Assembly: GCA_041600755.1 (NCBI GenBank)
Contig: JBFIJL010000005.1
Coordinates: forward strand, 1-47,572
Length of the DNA: 47,572 bases
Direction: 5' to 3'
Origin: Candidatus Saccharimonadales bacterium
Lineage (GTDB): Bacteria > Patescibacteriota > Saccharimonadia > Saccharimonadales > JAXHNE01
The first letter of the stretch is position 1. The number at the start of each line of letters is the position of its first letter. A program made the position numbers and the translations under genes. The notes beneath the pieces are model-generated. The model was not told the DNA's origin, did not search any database, and worked only from the letters and a program-made list of their open reading frames with translations. Below are positions 10,401 through 18,874 of the stretch, piece by piece.

Positions 10401-13400
10401 AGTGGAACTATCATCTCTGAAAACATTAATTACAATGTCTTTGCTTCATCTGAAACGAATAATTCGTACGGCTACTTTAGGGCAGTTGAATCTGGAGATT
10501 CAGCAGGCCGATTTGAGATCGGAGGCTATGATATTTATGGCGCATCACAAGGAGGTCGGTCACTTGTCTTAAACCCATTAGGTGGGAATGTTGGCATAGG
10601 CGGCGATTTCACACCAGACGGACTGTTGTCTGTAGGGTCTACGAGCCAGTTTCAAGTAAATGCGAGTGGCCAGATAATTGCTTCAACCTCAGGTACTATT
10701 AATGGCTTATCTGTGACCAGTGGATCGCTGTCTGGAATTACGGGCTTCACGCAAACCAGTGGTAACTTTACTCAATCCGGTGCTGGAACATTCACAACCG
10801 GCACAGGGACGAATACATTAAACGGCACAACTAGCTTGACTGGCAACACATCAGTCACAGGATCGAATACTCTTACTGTTGGAACTGGACTAACAACCCT
10901 CGGTGGCGGGGCGTCAATCACCGGAGGAATCAACAATAACAGTGGTGGAATTACTAGCGCCGGAGGAATTAGCGGAATTGCAGGGATGACCTTTACTAGT
11001 GGTAATCTGAACCTTGCAAACGGTGGCATTACTAACACGGGCTCAATTGCAGGTGCTACAACAATAACAGGAAGTGGGATTATAAACACCACAGGAGGTG
11101 CATTGCACACAAATAGCATTGCACGCATTGCTAATAACGGCGCACTTCAGAACGTTTACGGAGACGTATCGAACGATGTTTTTCTTAATGCAAACACCAT
11201 AACGGGAGGAACCTTGCTTGTCGAGCGAGGCGGAACCGGGACGGGGACTTTGACGACACGTGGAGTAGTTTACGGAAACGGGACGGGAGCACTGCAAGCT
11301 ACTGCCGCAGGTACTGGTGGGCAGGTGTTGATTGCAAATGCGAGCGGAGTTCCAACATTCATGACACTATCCGGAGATGTGACTGTTAATAATTCTGGAC
11401 TTACTTCGATTGGAGCAAATGCAGTTGCATTGGGCACCGATACGACAGGAAATTATGTGGCAACAATATCCGTTGGAGATGGTCTGACTGTCAGTGGGGT
11501 TGGCTCAGAAAATTCAACAGCAAGCATTGGTATTGATGTAAGCACAACTGGCTCAACTAGTACTACAAGCAGCAACTCCGGACTAGAAACAACTGCAACA
11601 GGGCTTCGGCTTATAAGTGGCTGTAGCAATGGTCAGTTATTGGAGTGGCAAGGTACGACAACAGGGTGGGAGTGTAACAATGACAATACCTTCTCTGATT
11701 CGAACTTAAAGCAGGGAGTGTCTACCCACAGCTCTGTGCTCGATTCCTTCAAAAACATAAGAATTGTCGACTATACATACAAGTGCAATGATCCACTGTT
11801 TGCACATCTTACGCTTAGCTGTGATGATCAAACTGGCGTAATTGCTCAGGAGCTGGCGCTTGTGTTTCCTGAGCTTGTAGAAATTAAATCCAGTGGACTC
11901 TTTGGAGTTGACTATAAAAAGCTTCAAACATATACCATTCGTGCAGTTAGTGAAATCGCTGCATATATAGAAGCCGATGGCGATGCGAAGCTGTCCAATA
12001 TAAGTACCGGGGGCACACAAAGATTAAGTAGTTCGGGTGTGCTCCAAAATATTACGGGATTAACGGTTGTATCCGGAGGAGCGTCAATAACGGGAACAAC
12101 TTCAATTAATGTCAATAGTGCAAGCGCTACGAATATTAATACAGGAGCCAGCACTGGTTCGATAAATATCGGGGGAGGGCTCTCGCCACTTGTCATTAAC
12201 TCCACAAACTTTGATGTTTCATCTGGTGGCGCATTGAGTGGAATTTCAACGATTAGTGCAAGTAATAACATAAGCACAACACTCGGTGGACTACAGACAG
12301 CCGGGACCACTAGGCTTACTAACGGAGGCGCACTTCAAAACATTACTGGGCTGACCATAGTGTCTGGTGGTGCGTCAATAGTAGGTTCGACATCAGTTTC
12401 TGGTGCATTCACTGCCTCAGGAGGTACGGTAAATGTAAACGTGAACGGAATTACGACAGGCACAAACATAAATACGGGTACGAGTACAGGGGCAGTTGCG
12501 ATTGGTGGCGGACTTGCCACCTTCTCACTGAATTCAACTGCTTTTGACGTCTCATCAACTGGTGCGCTAAGCGGTATTTCTACAATAAATGCAAGTAATG
12601 ATATTACGACAAGCGGAGATGTGAACGTCACTGGACTTGGCGTATACCAAATAAACGGAATAAGCGGCGAGACTGTTACCTGTAGTGGCAACAACTATCT
12701 AGCGAACATTCAACTAATCGGCGGAATTATCACTAGCTATGGTAGTTGTCGTGGCGTTGGCTTGTCGGATATACGTCTTAAAGAAAACGTCGTATCACTC
12801 GATAGCTCAGTGCTTGACAAGATTAAAAATGTGAACACAGTTACTTTTGACTATACATGTGATGATGAGTATTTTACTCAAAACAACATCGGTTGTGACG
12901 ATGAGCATCAGACTGGTGTTATTGCACAAGAGCTTGCACAAATTTTCCCTGATCTTGTTGAACAGGATGAGTATGGTTACTTTAGAGTAAAGTATGATGC
13001 GTTAAGTGTATACAACCTTAAGGCCACTTCAGAGCTTGCCAAGACTATCGACAGTCAAGGCAATGTAACGAGTAACACTGTAGCAACAGGTGGCACAATT
13101 CGTTTGAATGCGGGCGGTGAGTTGGATAATATTACGGGCCTAAGGCTAGTTGGCGGCGGTGCAAGCATTGTTGGCGGCATCAACAACAACGGCGGTGGCG
13201 TTACCGAAGCTGGTGTCATTGATGGTGTCACTACTTTAACTGCGCAGTCAGTCAAGATCAGGAGCAATAGTTTCGATAACTTATTGGAACTTACAAAGGA
13301 TAATCAAGGAGTGTTTACCGTGTTTGAATCTGGCGCACTTCAGCTTAGACTGACAGCCGATGAAGCGTTTATTGTTAAGAACCAGGCCGGCGATGACTTC

Positions 13401-13988
13401 TTTAGCGTAAATACTGAAGGCGGTTTGGTGCGCATTGGTTCTGAGTTGAATCAAGCAGGCGTGTTGTTGGTTTTGGATAATGTAGCACTTGATGGCGACC
13501 CAGTTGGCGTGAACGGTGGACAGTATTACAATACAAATCTGCAGAAGTTCCGCTGTTTTGAAAATAGCGTTTGGGTGAACTGTATCGCTTCGCTTGGTTC
13601 AGAATACAACATCGCATCTGTACCATTTAGCTGGAGGCAGCCAGTGGTCAACCAGGAAATACCAACCGAACAGCAGGTCTGGACTGATTTATCAACAGCC
13701 AACGAGTTTAGGATGGTGGCCAATGTTCGGGATACAGGCGCCATTAATGCCGCCTGTAGGCTGGAATATACAACCGAGGGTAGGGGTTACTGGCGATCGC
13801 TTTCTGACGACGATGACTATCTACTGCCCGTTTCTGCTTCCGGCAGTATTCGATCAGACTGGCGGAAGATTTCGGTTCCTGCGCAACAGGATGCATTGAT
13901 TAGAGTTGTTTGTCGTAACGGAGACAGTACAAACGATAGTAATGGCACGGTGCTGAAGATTGACTCAATAAGGATGCAGGTTCGATAG
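7404..13988 (+). CDS. Giant secreted fibre/adhesin (2194 aa) with three internal Peptidase_S74 intramolecular-chaperone domains
   Basis: Signal/TM N-terminus, then an 'LNFQARV...F.LY....GG..VWTETQ...GYFSVEL...EMNPRLKLTATPY' domain and G/T/S/N-rich repeats. Three copies of SDxxLK...TGVIAQ.L...FP.LV...V.Y..L..Y...A..E. Confidence 0.85.
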   Translation: MTDRVIARNIVRHWMRLASRVSLTTLGRGFVCLVLLLVLVSYTRVYTPTRVYAATADTLNFQARVYDSAGNTAVDGSYSISFKLYEAASGGASVWTETQGAVNLKNGYFSVELASVTPFGGGIDWSQEKWLTMNINGDGEMNPRLKLTATPYSLLSEQANTLSDGLGGALAANELVQLTPGTPQAVASALAALRINQTGGGLLAQLQGDSIDSFTIAKNGDVTSTGSGTFAGGIKIAGISVLTSGRELQNITGLTIVSGGAGITGGIDNNSGGITNAGAISGITGVTFTSGNLNLANGGIVNAGSIAGATTIVASDNINTTGGSLLTNSIARIANNGALQNVTGDNSNGVSLNANTITGGTLSAARGGTGVDGSAAANGQLLIGNGSGYTLSTLTAGSGVNIVNSPGAIAIAAILGDSISTAEIENSAVTTAKIADGNVTNTKLANSSLTVNSGTGLSGGGLVSLGDSITLNLDDTAVTAGSYGSTSSVATFTVDAQGRLTAAGTTTLANTALQNSSFSLIYGSANLSGDANVSLGGTLNIDFSDNPSFTTLTTSGAITAATSTNTINGLVINSGALSGVTGIAFTSGSLNLNGGDLTNGGTLTGVTINATSGFQHNGTNGRTLNCSSTEGIEDVEIRGGIVITSACRGFGLSDSGLKENVTSLSSSVLDDIRDVNVVNFDFDCTNSIFVQNGGTYSCDNSTQTGVIAQQLEAIFPDLVFTGDDGYKRVRYEGLAMYNLKAVQELASLVDSSGNYDINSVSTNGVLRLSSTGELTNINGLTVSSGGASITGGIDNNTGGITEAGAVSGVAGLTFASGALNLNNGGVTNTGSIAGATSITASDTLNLTAGVLQTNSVTRLTNAGALQNITTISASGAIAAATTTNTINGLVINSGALSGVTGFAQTSGNFTQSGSGTFATGTGQNTLNGLTSLTGNTTITGSNTFTVGSGLTTLGGGLTLTGTTTINPSGSAAVSIGNASTPLSIASSGLSVATSGNLKTSGTIISENINYNVFASSETNNSYGYFRAVESGDSAGRFEIGGYDIYGASQGGRSLVLNPLGGNVGIGGDFTPDGLLSVGSTSQFQVNASGQIIASTSGTINGLSVTSGSLSGITGFTQTSGNFTQSGAGTFTTGTGTNTLNGTTSLTGNTSVTGSNTLTVGTGLTTLGGGASITGGINNNSGGITSAGGISGIAGMTFTSGNLNLANGGITNTGSIAGATTITGSGIINTTGGALHTNSIARIANNGALQNVYGDVSNDVFLNANTITGGTLLVERGGTGTGTLTTRGVVYGNGTGALQATAAGTGGQVLIANASGVPTFMTLSGDVTVNNSGLTSIGANAVALGTDTTGNYVATISVGDGLTVSGVGSENSTASIGIDVSTTGSTSTTSSNSGLETTATGLRLISGCSNGQLLEWQGTTTGWECNNDNTFSDSNLKQGVSTHSSVLDSFKNIRIVDYTYKCNDPLFAHLTLSCDDQTGVIAQELALVFPELVEIKSSGLFGVDYKKLQTYTIRAVSEIAAYIEADGDAKLSNISTGGTQRLSSSGVLQNITGLTVVSGGASITGTTSINVNSASATNINTGASTGSINIGGGLSPLVINSTNFDVSSGGALSGISTISASNNISTTLGGLQTAGTTRLTNGGALQNITGLTIVSGGASIVGSTSVSGAFTASGGTVNVNVNGITTGTNINTGTSTGAVAIGGGLATFSLNSTAFDVSSTGALSGISTINASNDITTSGDVNVTGLGVYQINGISGETVTCSGNNYLANIQLIGGIITSYGSCRGVGLSDIRLKENVVSLDSSVLDKIKNVNTVTFDYTCDDEYFTQNNIGCDDEHQTGVIAQELAQIFPDLVEQDEYGYFRVKYDALSVYNLKATSELAKTIDSQGNVTSNTVATGGTIRLNAGGELDNITGLRLVGGGASIVGGINNNGGGVTEAGVIDGVTTLTAQSVKIRSNSFDNLLELTKDNQGVFTVFESGALQLRLTADEAFIVKNQAGDDFFSVNTEGGLVRIGSELNQAGVLLVLDNVALDGDPVGVNGGQYYNTNLQKFRCFENSVWVNCIASLGSEYNIASVPFSWRQPVVNQEIPTEQQVWTDLSTANEFRMVANVRDTGAINAACRLEYTTEGRGYWRSLSDDDDYLLPVSASGSIRSDWRKISVPAQQDALIRVVCRNGDSTNDSNGTVLKIDSIRMQVR
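8178..11240 (+). repeat. Intragenic duplicated modules: 8178-8513 ~ 10905-11240 (112 aa); 9063-9149 ~ 10020-10106; 10107-10271 ~ 10746-10910 (55 aa)
   Basis: Ungapped peptide repeats, e.g. TFTSGNLNLANGGI and TNSIARIANNGALQNV twice, NTINGLVINSGALSGVTG twice, QTSGNFTQSG twice. DNA identity is still visible (agtggtaatctgaacct at 8271 and 10998). Confidence 0.85.
9360..9644 (+). other. Peptidase_S74 / intramolecular chaperone domain, copy 1 (S653-D-S-G-L-K658)
   Basis: SDSGLKENV...TGVIAQQLEAIFPDLV...VRYEGLAMYNLKAVQEL. Confidence 0.8.
11694..11963 (+). other. Peptidase_S74 domain, copy 2 (S1431-D-S-N-L-K1436)
   Basis: SDSNLKQGV...TGVIAQELALVFPELV...VDYKKLQTYTIRAVSEI. Confidence 0.8.
12765..13043 (+). 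other. Peptidase_S74 domain, copy 3 (S1788-D-I-R-L-K1793)
   Basis: SDIRLKENV...TGVIAQELAQIFPDLV...VKYDALSVYNLKATSEL. Confidence 0.85.
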
Positions 13989-14047
13989 ACCTTTATTTAC
14001 TCACCACCCAACAAGTGGTAATCTATAGGTAAGAACAGGGGTAACAG

Positions 14048-14803
14048 GTGACACACCGGATTGCGGTTATAAATCAAAAAGGCGGCGTAGGTAAGACTAC
14101 CACTACTGTAAATGTGGCGGCTTACTTGTCGCGCCTCAAGAAGACTGTGTTGGTCGTCGATGCTGACCCACAAGGCAACGCTACCAGTGGGTTGGGCGTC
14201 GACAAGCATGCGCTCAAGGCGAGCCTCCACGATGTCATGTTCGGGGAAGTTAGTCTCGAGCAGGCGATTGTTCAGACCGATACTCCGGGAGTATATGTGT
14301 TGCCAAGTAACGCAGATCTGGCCAATGCTGAGCTTCACATGGTTGATAAACTACGCAGGGAATATCTTCTTAAGCAGGCGCTCTCGACAAGCTCACATGA
14401 TTTTGTGCTCATTGATTGTCCGCCATCGCTCGGACTGCTCACCATTAATGCATTGACGGCAGCAGACAGCATTCTTATTCCTGTGCAGGGTGAATATTAT
14501 GCACTTGAAGGGTTAAGTCAGTTGCTCGGCGTTGTTCAGGAAGTGCGAGGGGGATTAAACCCAGAGCTCGCGCTTCTTGGTGTGGTATTAACTATGTTTG
14601 ACACGCGCACTAGTTTGAGTGGGCAAGTAAAAGAAGAGCTCACCAAGCACTTCGGAGACACTCTACTTCAGACTACTATTCCGCGGAATATTCGTCTGGC
14701 AGAAGCGCCAAGCTATGGCAAGACAATCGCTGACCATGATAAATGGTCCAAGGGAGCTCGAGCATATAAAGCACTTGCAAAGGAGATTGTAGATCGTGTC
14801 TAA
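14048..14803 (+). CDS. parA: Chromosome partitioning ATPase ParA/Soj
   Basis: Deviant Walker A NQKGGVGKTT, DADPQGNAT, IDCPPSLG, IPRNIRLAEAPSYG; GTG start. Confidence 0.97.
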   Translation: MTHRIAVINQKGGVGKTTTTVNVAAYLSRLKKTVLVVDADPQGNATSGLGVDKHALKASLHDVMFGEVSLEQAIVQTDTPGVYVLPSNADLANAELHMVDKLRREYLLKQALSTSSHDFVLIDCPPSLGLLTINALTAADSILIPVQGEYYALEGLSQLLGVVQEVRGGLNPELALLGVVLTMFDTRTSLSGQVKEELTKHFGDTLLQTTIPRNIRLAEAPSYGKTIADHDKWSKGARAYKALAKEIVDRV

Positions 14804-15662
14804 TAACAAAGGCCTAGGCCGCGGACTTGATTCGCTCATTCCTAAGACAATTGATACGTCAGCGCTGCTGGAAAAGAACGAACGAATACAAAATATACCC
14901 GTAAAAGACATTATTGCGGATAGCGAGCAGCCGCGAACTCACTTTGATGATACCAAGCTTTCAGAGCTAGCTACCTCTATAAAAAGACACGGAGTTCTGC
15001 AACCACTTATAGTTACTAGAAATGAACAAAATTTGTATACAATTATTGCAGGTGAACGACGTTGGCGATCCGCCAAGCTCGCGGGACTAAAATCTGTACC
15101 TTGCATAGTTAGGTCTCCAGAGAAGATCGAGAAGCTCGAGATTGCACTCATAGAAAACGTGCAACGCGTTGACTTGTCGCCACTCGAGCAAGCAATTTCT
15201 ATTGAGCGACTACATCAGCAATTCAACGTGCCCTACAAGACAATCGCAGAACGGCTTGGCAAGGCAGCGACGACTATAAATAACATTGTTAGATTGTTGC
15301 AATTACCAGAAGATGCAAAACTGGCACTACGAAACGGACTTATTAGTGAAGGTCATGCGCGGGCACTGCTTGCAATCAAAGATCATCCGCAAGCTCAAGC
15401 GGCGCTGCTCATTAAGATCCAAAAAGAAGGACTGACTGTTAGGCAGGCTGAACAATTCGCAATCGGGGTTAAGGGTGAGCAAACATCCAGCGAGGCAAAA
15501 CCGGCAGCCGAGCGATTAATACAAAAAACTAGCCAGACAAAACGTTTAGAAAAACGGCTCGATACAGATGTGCGCGTACGAAGAACAGCAAAGGGCGGAC
15601 GAATTGAAATCGCTTTTGCAAGCGATGAAGAGCTCGACAAGATCATTGAATCGCTACTGTAG
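14796..15662 (+). CDS. parB: Chromosome partitioning protein ParB/Spo0J
   Basis: GLGRGLDSL N-terminus, QPR..F, IIAGERRWR, ALIENVQRVDL, ISEGHARALL. Confidence 0.97.
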   Translation: MSNNKGLGRGLDSLIPKTIDTSALLEKNERIQNIPVKDIIADSEQPRTHFDDTKLSELATSIKRHGVLQPLIVTRNEQNLYTIIAGERRWRSAKLAGLKSVPCIVRSPEKIEKLEIALIENVQRVDLSPLEQAISIERLHQQFNVPYKTIAERLGKAATTINNIVRLLQLPEDAKLALRNGLISEGHARALLAIKDHPQAQAALLIKIQKEGLTVRQAEQFAIGVKGEQTSSEAKPAAERLIQKTSQTKRLEKRLDTDVRVRRTAKGGRIEIAFASDEELDKIIESLL

Positions 15663-15668
15663 AAAAAC

Positions 15669-16394
15669 TCAGAATGCTTTAAATTCACTAAACGGAAAAA
15701 TGCGCAGTCGCAGTTCACCAACAATTTCACTGGACTTAATGGTGCCAAACGCGCGGGAATCAAGTGAGTTGCTTCGGTTGTCACCACTTACGAATACTTC
15801 ACCGGCCGGCACTGTTATGTCGACATTGCCAGATGTTTGAGCCGGTATATCTTTTTCGTATTCCGTACCAACGTCTGGGTTGTAGCCGTTAGGATGTTCG
15901 TCGTTGTAAATAGTATATGCACCGTCACGTAGCACGACGCGGTCGCCTGGAATGCCAATAACGCGCTTCACTAGTTGTCTGTCGCCTTCGCTAAATGCTC
16001 CAGCATCTTGTTTATGGAAAATGATAATACTGTAACGGTCCGGTATGTAGTCATGTCCACGTAGCTCGGCTAATGATTTATTGGCCTTAACTACTACTAA
16101 GCGATCACCGTTTTGTAGCGTTTCTTGCATGCTCGGTCCGTCAACTTCATATGATTGGAATACAAAATTAATCAATAGCAGCGCTATTAGTGGGGCGGCT
16201 ATCAATATTCCAAAGTTGTTCAAGAATGATAGAATAGGATTTTTCTTTTTGCCGGGCGCGTCTTGAGGTTGTGGCGGGGTTTCTGGTGGTGGAGTCGGCT
16301 GAGGTGGAGTTAATTCCGGTTCTGTTACTGGGTGATCAGGTTGAATCACGGGTTGTGGTGGCGGCGGTTGTGGTATAGTGTTTTCTTGTTGCAT
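15669..16394 (-). CDS. lepB: Signal peptidase I
   Basis: VDGPSMQETL (Ser), LVKRVIGIPGD (Lys), GDNRSNSLDSR. Likely start is the ATG at 16394 (MQQENT..) rather than 16526, which overlaps the divergent gene. TGA stop. Confidence 0.93.
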   Translation of the reverse strand: MQQENTIPQPPPPQPVIQPDHPVTEPELTPPQPTPPPETPPQPQDAPGKKKNPILSFLNNFGILIAAPLIALLLINFVFQSYEVDGPSMQETLQNGDRLVVVKANKSLAELRGHDYIPDRYSIIIFHKQDAGAFSEGDRQLVKRVIGIPGDRVVLRDGAYTIYNDEHPNGYNPDVGTEYEKDIPAQTSGNVDITVPAGEVFVSGDNRSNSLDSRAFGTIKSSEIVGELRLRIFPFSEFKAF

Positions 16395-16494
16395 ATAGTA
16401 TTCCTTCAGACCAACTATACCGATAATGTCTAAATATGCACAATTTATTAGCAAAATGTAAGCATAAACAGGTACACTATTAGGGCACTTAAAT

Positions 16495-18138
16495 ATGGAC
16501 AACTTTAGACGAAATAAAAACCTCACCAGCCATAGTCGCCCATCAATAGATGGGTTTGTTGGTGCTAGGCCAAAACCAAAACCACAAACTCATAAGTTGG
16601 CGAATTCTGCTCAAAGCGGGTTGCGTTCTCGGCGTGGAAATATTGGAGCATTTAGGTCGACTGAGGGATTTGGTCGATTCAAATCTCCATCAATTGCAAC
16701 CGAGGAAAGAGATAAGCAGCGTCATCGGACCGACGATGTCGACGATCACGTAAAGCTAGACTTACCACCCGCTAAAAAGCGAAGCACGCTGCGGGGTAAA
16801 AATGCACCAAAGAAGAAAAAGCATGTTTTAAGAAAAGCCGTGTCGTCATTTATGATTCTATTCTTAGTTGGTGGCGGCTATATGTTCGGCAAGGGATACT
16901 TCAGTCTATTGAATGTGTTTCGGGGCGGTGGCTCTGCGCTAGCTCTAAATGATAATTTAGATCCGGCCAAGCTCAAAGGTGAGGGCGATGGTCGTGTGAA
17001 CGTTTTGCTACTCGGCCGAGGCGGAGAAGGGCATGAGGGTGCAGACCTAACGGATACAATTATTGTCGCAAGTATTGACCCTATCAATAAGAAGGCTGCT
17101 TTATTGAGCATTCCACGAGACCTTTATATTAAGACAGCTGATTATGGAGCTATGAAAATCAACGCTGCCTTTGCTACAGGCAAAAATTATGATGCGGCGC
17201 CCGATGAGACACCCGATCAAGCTGGTCTTAGGTTTGTGGAATCAACTATCGAAGATACAATCGGCATTCCGATTCACTACAATGTACTAGTTGATTTTGA
17301 TGGCTTTAAGGAAGCAGTCGATAACGTTGGCGGCGTGACGATAGATGTACCAGAAGATTTGGCGGTTACAGATTACATGCACTACTATGGACCATATACG
17401 TTGGATGTTGATGCCGGCGCTTCAGAATTTGACGGGCTTCGAGCGTTAATGTTCTCTCGAACGCGCAAAACAAGTGCCCGCGGTGACTTTGACCGGTCAG
17501 AGAGACAGCGCCTAGTCATGGTTGCGCTAAAAGACAAAGTGTTTAGTCTTGGGACGTTCAGCAACCCTGTAAAGGTGAATCAGCTGCTATCAACACTTGG
17601 CAGCCATATTTCAAGCAGCTTTACAACCGAAGAGGTATTGCGCGTCTATGAAATCATGCAAGAGATTCCAAACTCCGAGATTGCATCAGTTGGGTTAGCT
17701 GACGAGCCAAACAGTTTTGTAACAACCGACAATATTGGTGGACTGTCTGTCGTTGTACCAAAAGCTGGATTGTTTAATTTTGATGCCATTAAAAATTATG
17801 TACGAAACGAACTTAGGGATGGATATTTGGCTGACGAGAATGCACTCATCGATGTCTACAATGCTTCGTTTGTTACTGGGCTCGCTGGACGCACGGCATC
17901 TGAACTGGAGTCATTTGGCTATACAGTCGGCAAGATGGATAACGCCCCAACTCAAGGGCAAGCAGAGACGGTTCTAGTTGATTTGAGTGGTGGATCCAAG
18001 AAGTACACAAAGGCATATTTAGAGAAGCGATTTAATGTGACCGCAGTTACGACAATTCCGGATGCTCAAATAGTAGCAGGAGAGGCAGACTTTGTTATAC
18101 TGTTAGGGCAAAATGAAGAGAGTCGCCTCCAGAATTAA
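16495..18138 (+). CDS. LCP (LytR-CpsA-Psr) family glycopolymer transferase with C-terminal LytR_C domain
   Basis: TM helix, then VNVLLLG, LTDTIIVAS, LLSIPRDL, KINAA, GDFDRSERQR; C-terminal VYNAS..GLAG...ADFVILLG. Confidence 0.92.
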   Translation: MDNFRRNKNLTSHSRPSIDGFVGARPKPKPQTHKLANSAQSGLRSRRGNIGAFRSTEGFGRFKSPSIATEERDKQRHRTDDVDDHVKLDLPPAKKRSTLRGKNAPKKKKHVLRKAVSSFMILFLVGGGYMFGKGYFSLLNVFRGGGSALALNDNLDPAKLKGEGDGRVNVLLLGRGGEGHEGADLTDTIIVASIDPINKKAALLSIPRDLYIKTADYGAMKINAAFATGKNYDAAPDETPDQAGLRFVESTIEDTIGIPIHYNVLVDFDGFKEAVDNVGGVTIDVPEDLAVTDYMHYYGPYTLDVDAGASEFDGLRALMFSRTRKTSARGDFDRSERQRLVMVALKDKVFSLGTFSNPVKVNQLLSTLGSHISSSFTTEEVLRVYEIMQEIPNSEIASVGLADEPNSFVTTDNIGGLSVVVPKAGLFNFDAIKNYVRNELRDGYLADENALIDVYNASFVTGLAGRTASELESFGYTVGKMDNAPTQGQAETVLVDLSGGSKKYTKAYLEKRFNVTAVTTIPDAQIVAGEADFVILLGQNEESRLQN

Positions 18139-18865
18139 ACCCAAGAGTGGATTTTCATACTTTATCCACTTATTCATCACCGCGCTAATTCCGTCGCTGG
18201 TGTATGTGTTTGTGCGTGTTGACCTTGTGCCGCTCGCGCTTCTTATTATTCTACTTGGCAAGTGGCGAGTGTTTGCCGTGAAGCCCCGTCACTGGTGGCC
18301 TTACCTAAGAGCCAATGCTGTAGATATGTTGGTTGGCCTATCGACACTTGCATTTATGACTCATAGCTCAAGCGCTGGTTTGCAGGCGCTATTTGCAGTG
18401 CTCTATGCTGGCTGGCTACTTTTCATTAAGCCTGGTCGCAGCACGTTGTTAGTTTCTATCCAGGCCTTGTTTGCCCAGGTGCTTGGTCTGACGGCCCTAT
18501 TCTTGCTGTTTGATGATGTTGCGCTTGGCGTGCTGGTGGTAGGTGCAGGAGTAATTAGCTATGTATGCGCAAGGCACTTCTTGGCAAACTTCGACGAAGT
18601 CCACGCGCCGTTCTTTGCGCATGCCTGGGGATATTGTTCGGCAGCACTGGCATGGGTCATGGGGCATTGGCTGGTATATTACTTCGGCGTCTTTGCGCAG
18701 CCAGCATTGCTTTCTACAATTTTTGCATTCTCGATCGGGTCACTGTATTATCTCGAACAAAAAGACAAGCTATCTAAAGGCCTGCAGAGGCAAATTGTCT
18801 TTTTGTTGATCGTGACAACTGTAGTGGTAATTGTATTTTCTGATTGGGGAGATAAAGCGATTTAA
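18113..18865 (+). CDS. Hypothetical multi-pass membrane protein
   Basis: About 8 hydrophobic segments; co-oriented with and overlapping the LCP gene. Confidence 0.8.
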   Translation: MKRVASRIKPKSGFSYFIHLFITALIPSLVYVFVRVDLVPLALLIILLGKWRVFAVKPRHWWPYLRANAVDMLVGLSTLAFMTHSSSAGLQALFAVLYAGWLLFIKPGRSTLLVSIQALFAQVLGLTALFLLFDDVALGVLVVGAGVISYVCARHFLANFDEVHAPFFAHAWGYCSAALAWVMGHWLVYYFGVFAQPALLSTIFAFSIGSLYYLEQKDKLSKGLQRQIVFLLIVTTVVVIVFSDWGDKAI

Positions 18866-18874
18866 TAGGAGGGT

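Noticed and set aside
8178-11240. Diversity-generating retroelement TR/VR pair
   Set aside because: Both copies are in-frame coding, differences are mostly synonymous and not adenine-specific, and there is no reverse transcriptase in the window.
8015-13267. Long antisense ORFs (e.g. 8015-9160, 381 aa) opposite the giant gene
   Set aside because: Shadow ORFs expected from Gly/Thr/Ser/Asn-rich codon repeats; Pro/Val/Leu-rich with no family motifs.
1-13988. Prophage tail module
   Set aside because: Fibre-like domains occur in signal-peptide-bearing proteins, and no capsid, terminase, tape-measure, lysis or integrase genes are visible.
13990-16500. parS site or oriC near parAB
   Set aside because: No TGTTTCACGTGAAACA-like palindrome or DnaA-box cluster found by eye; only isolated partial matches inside coding regions elsewhere.
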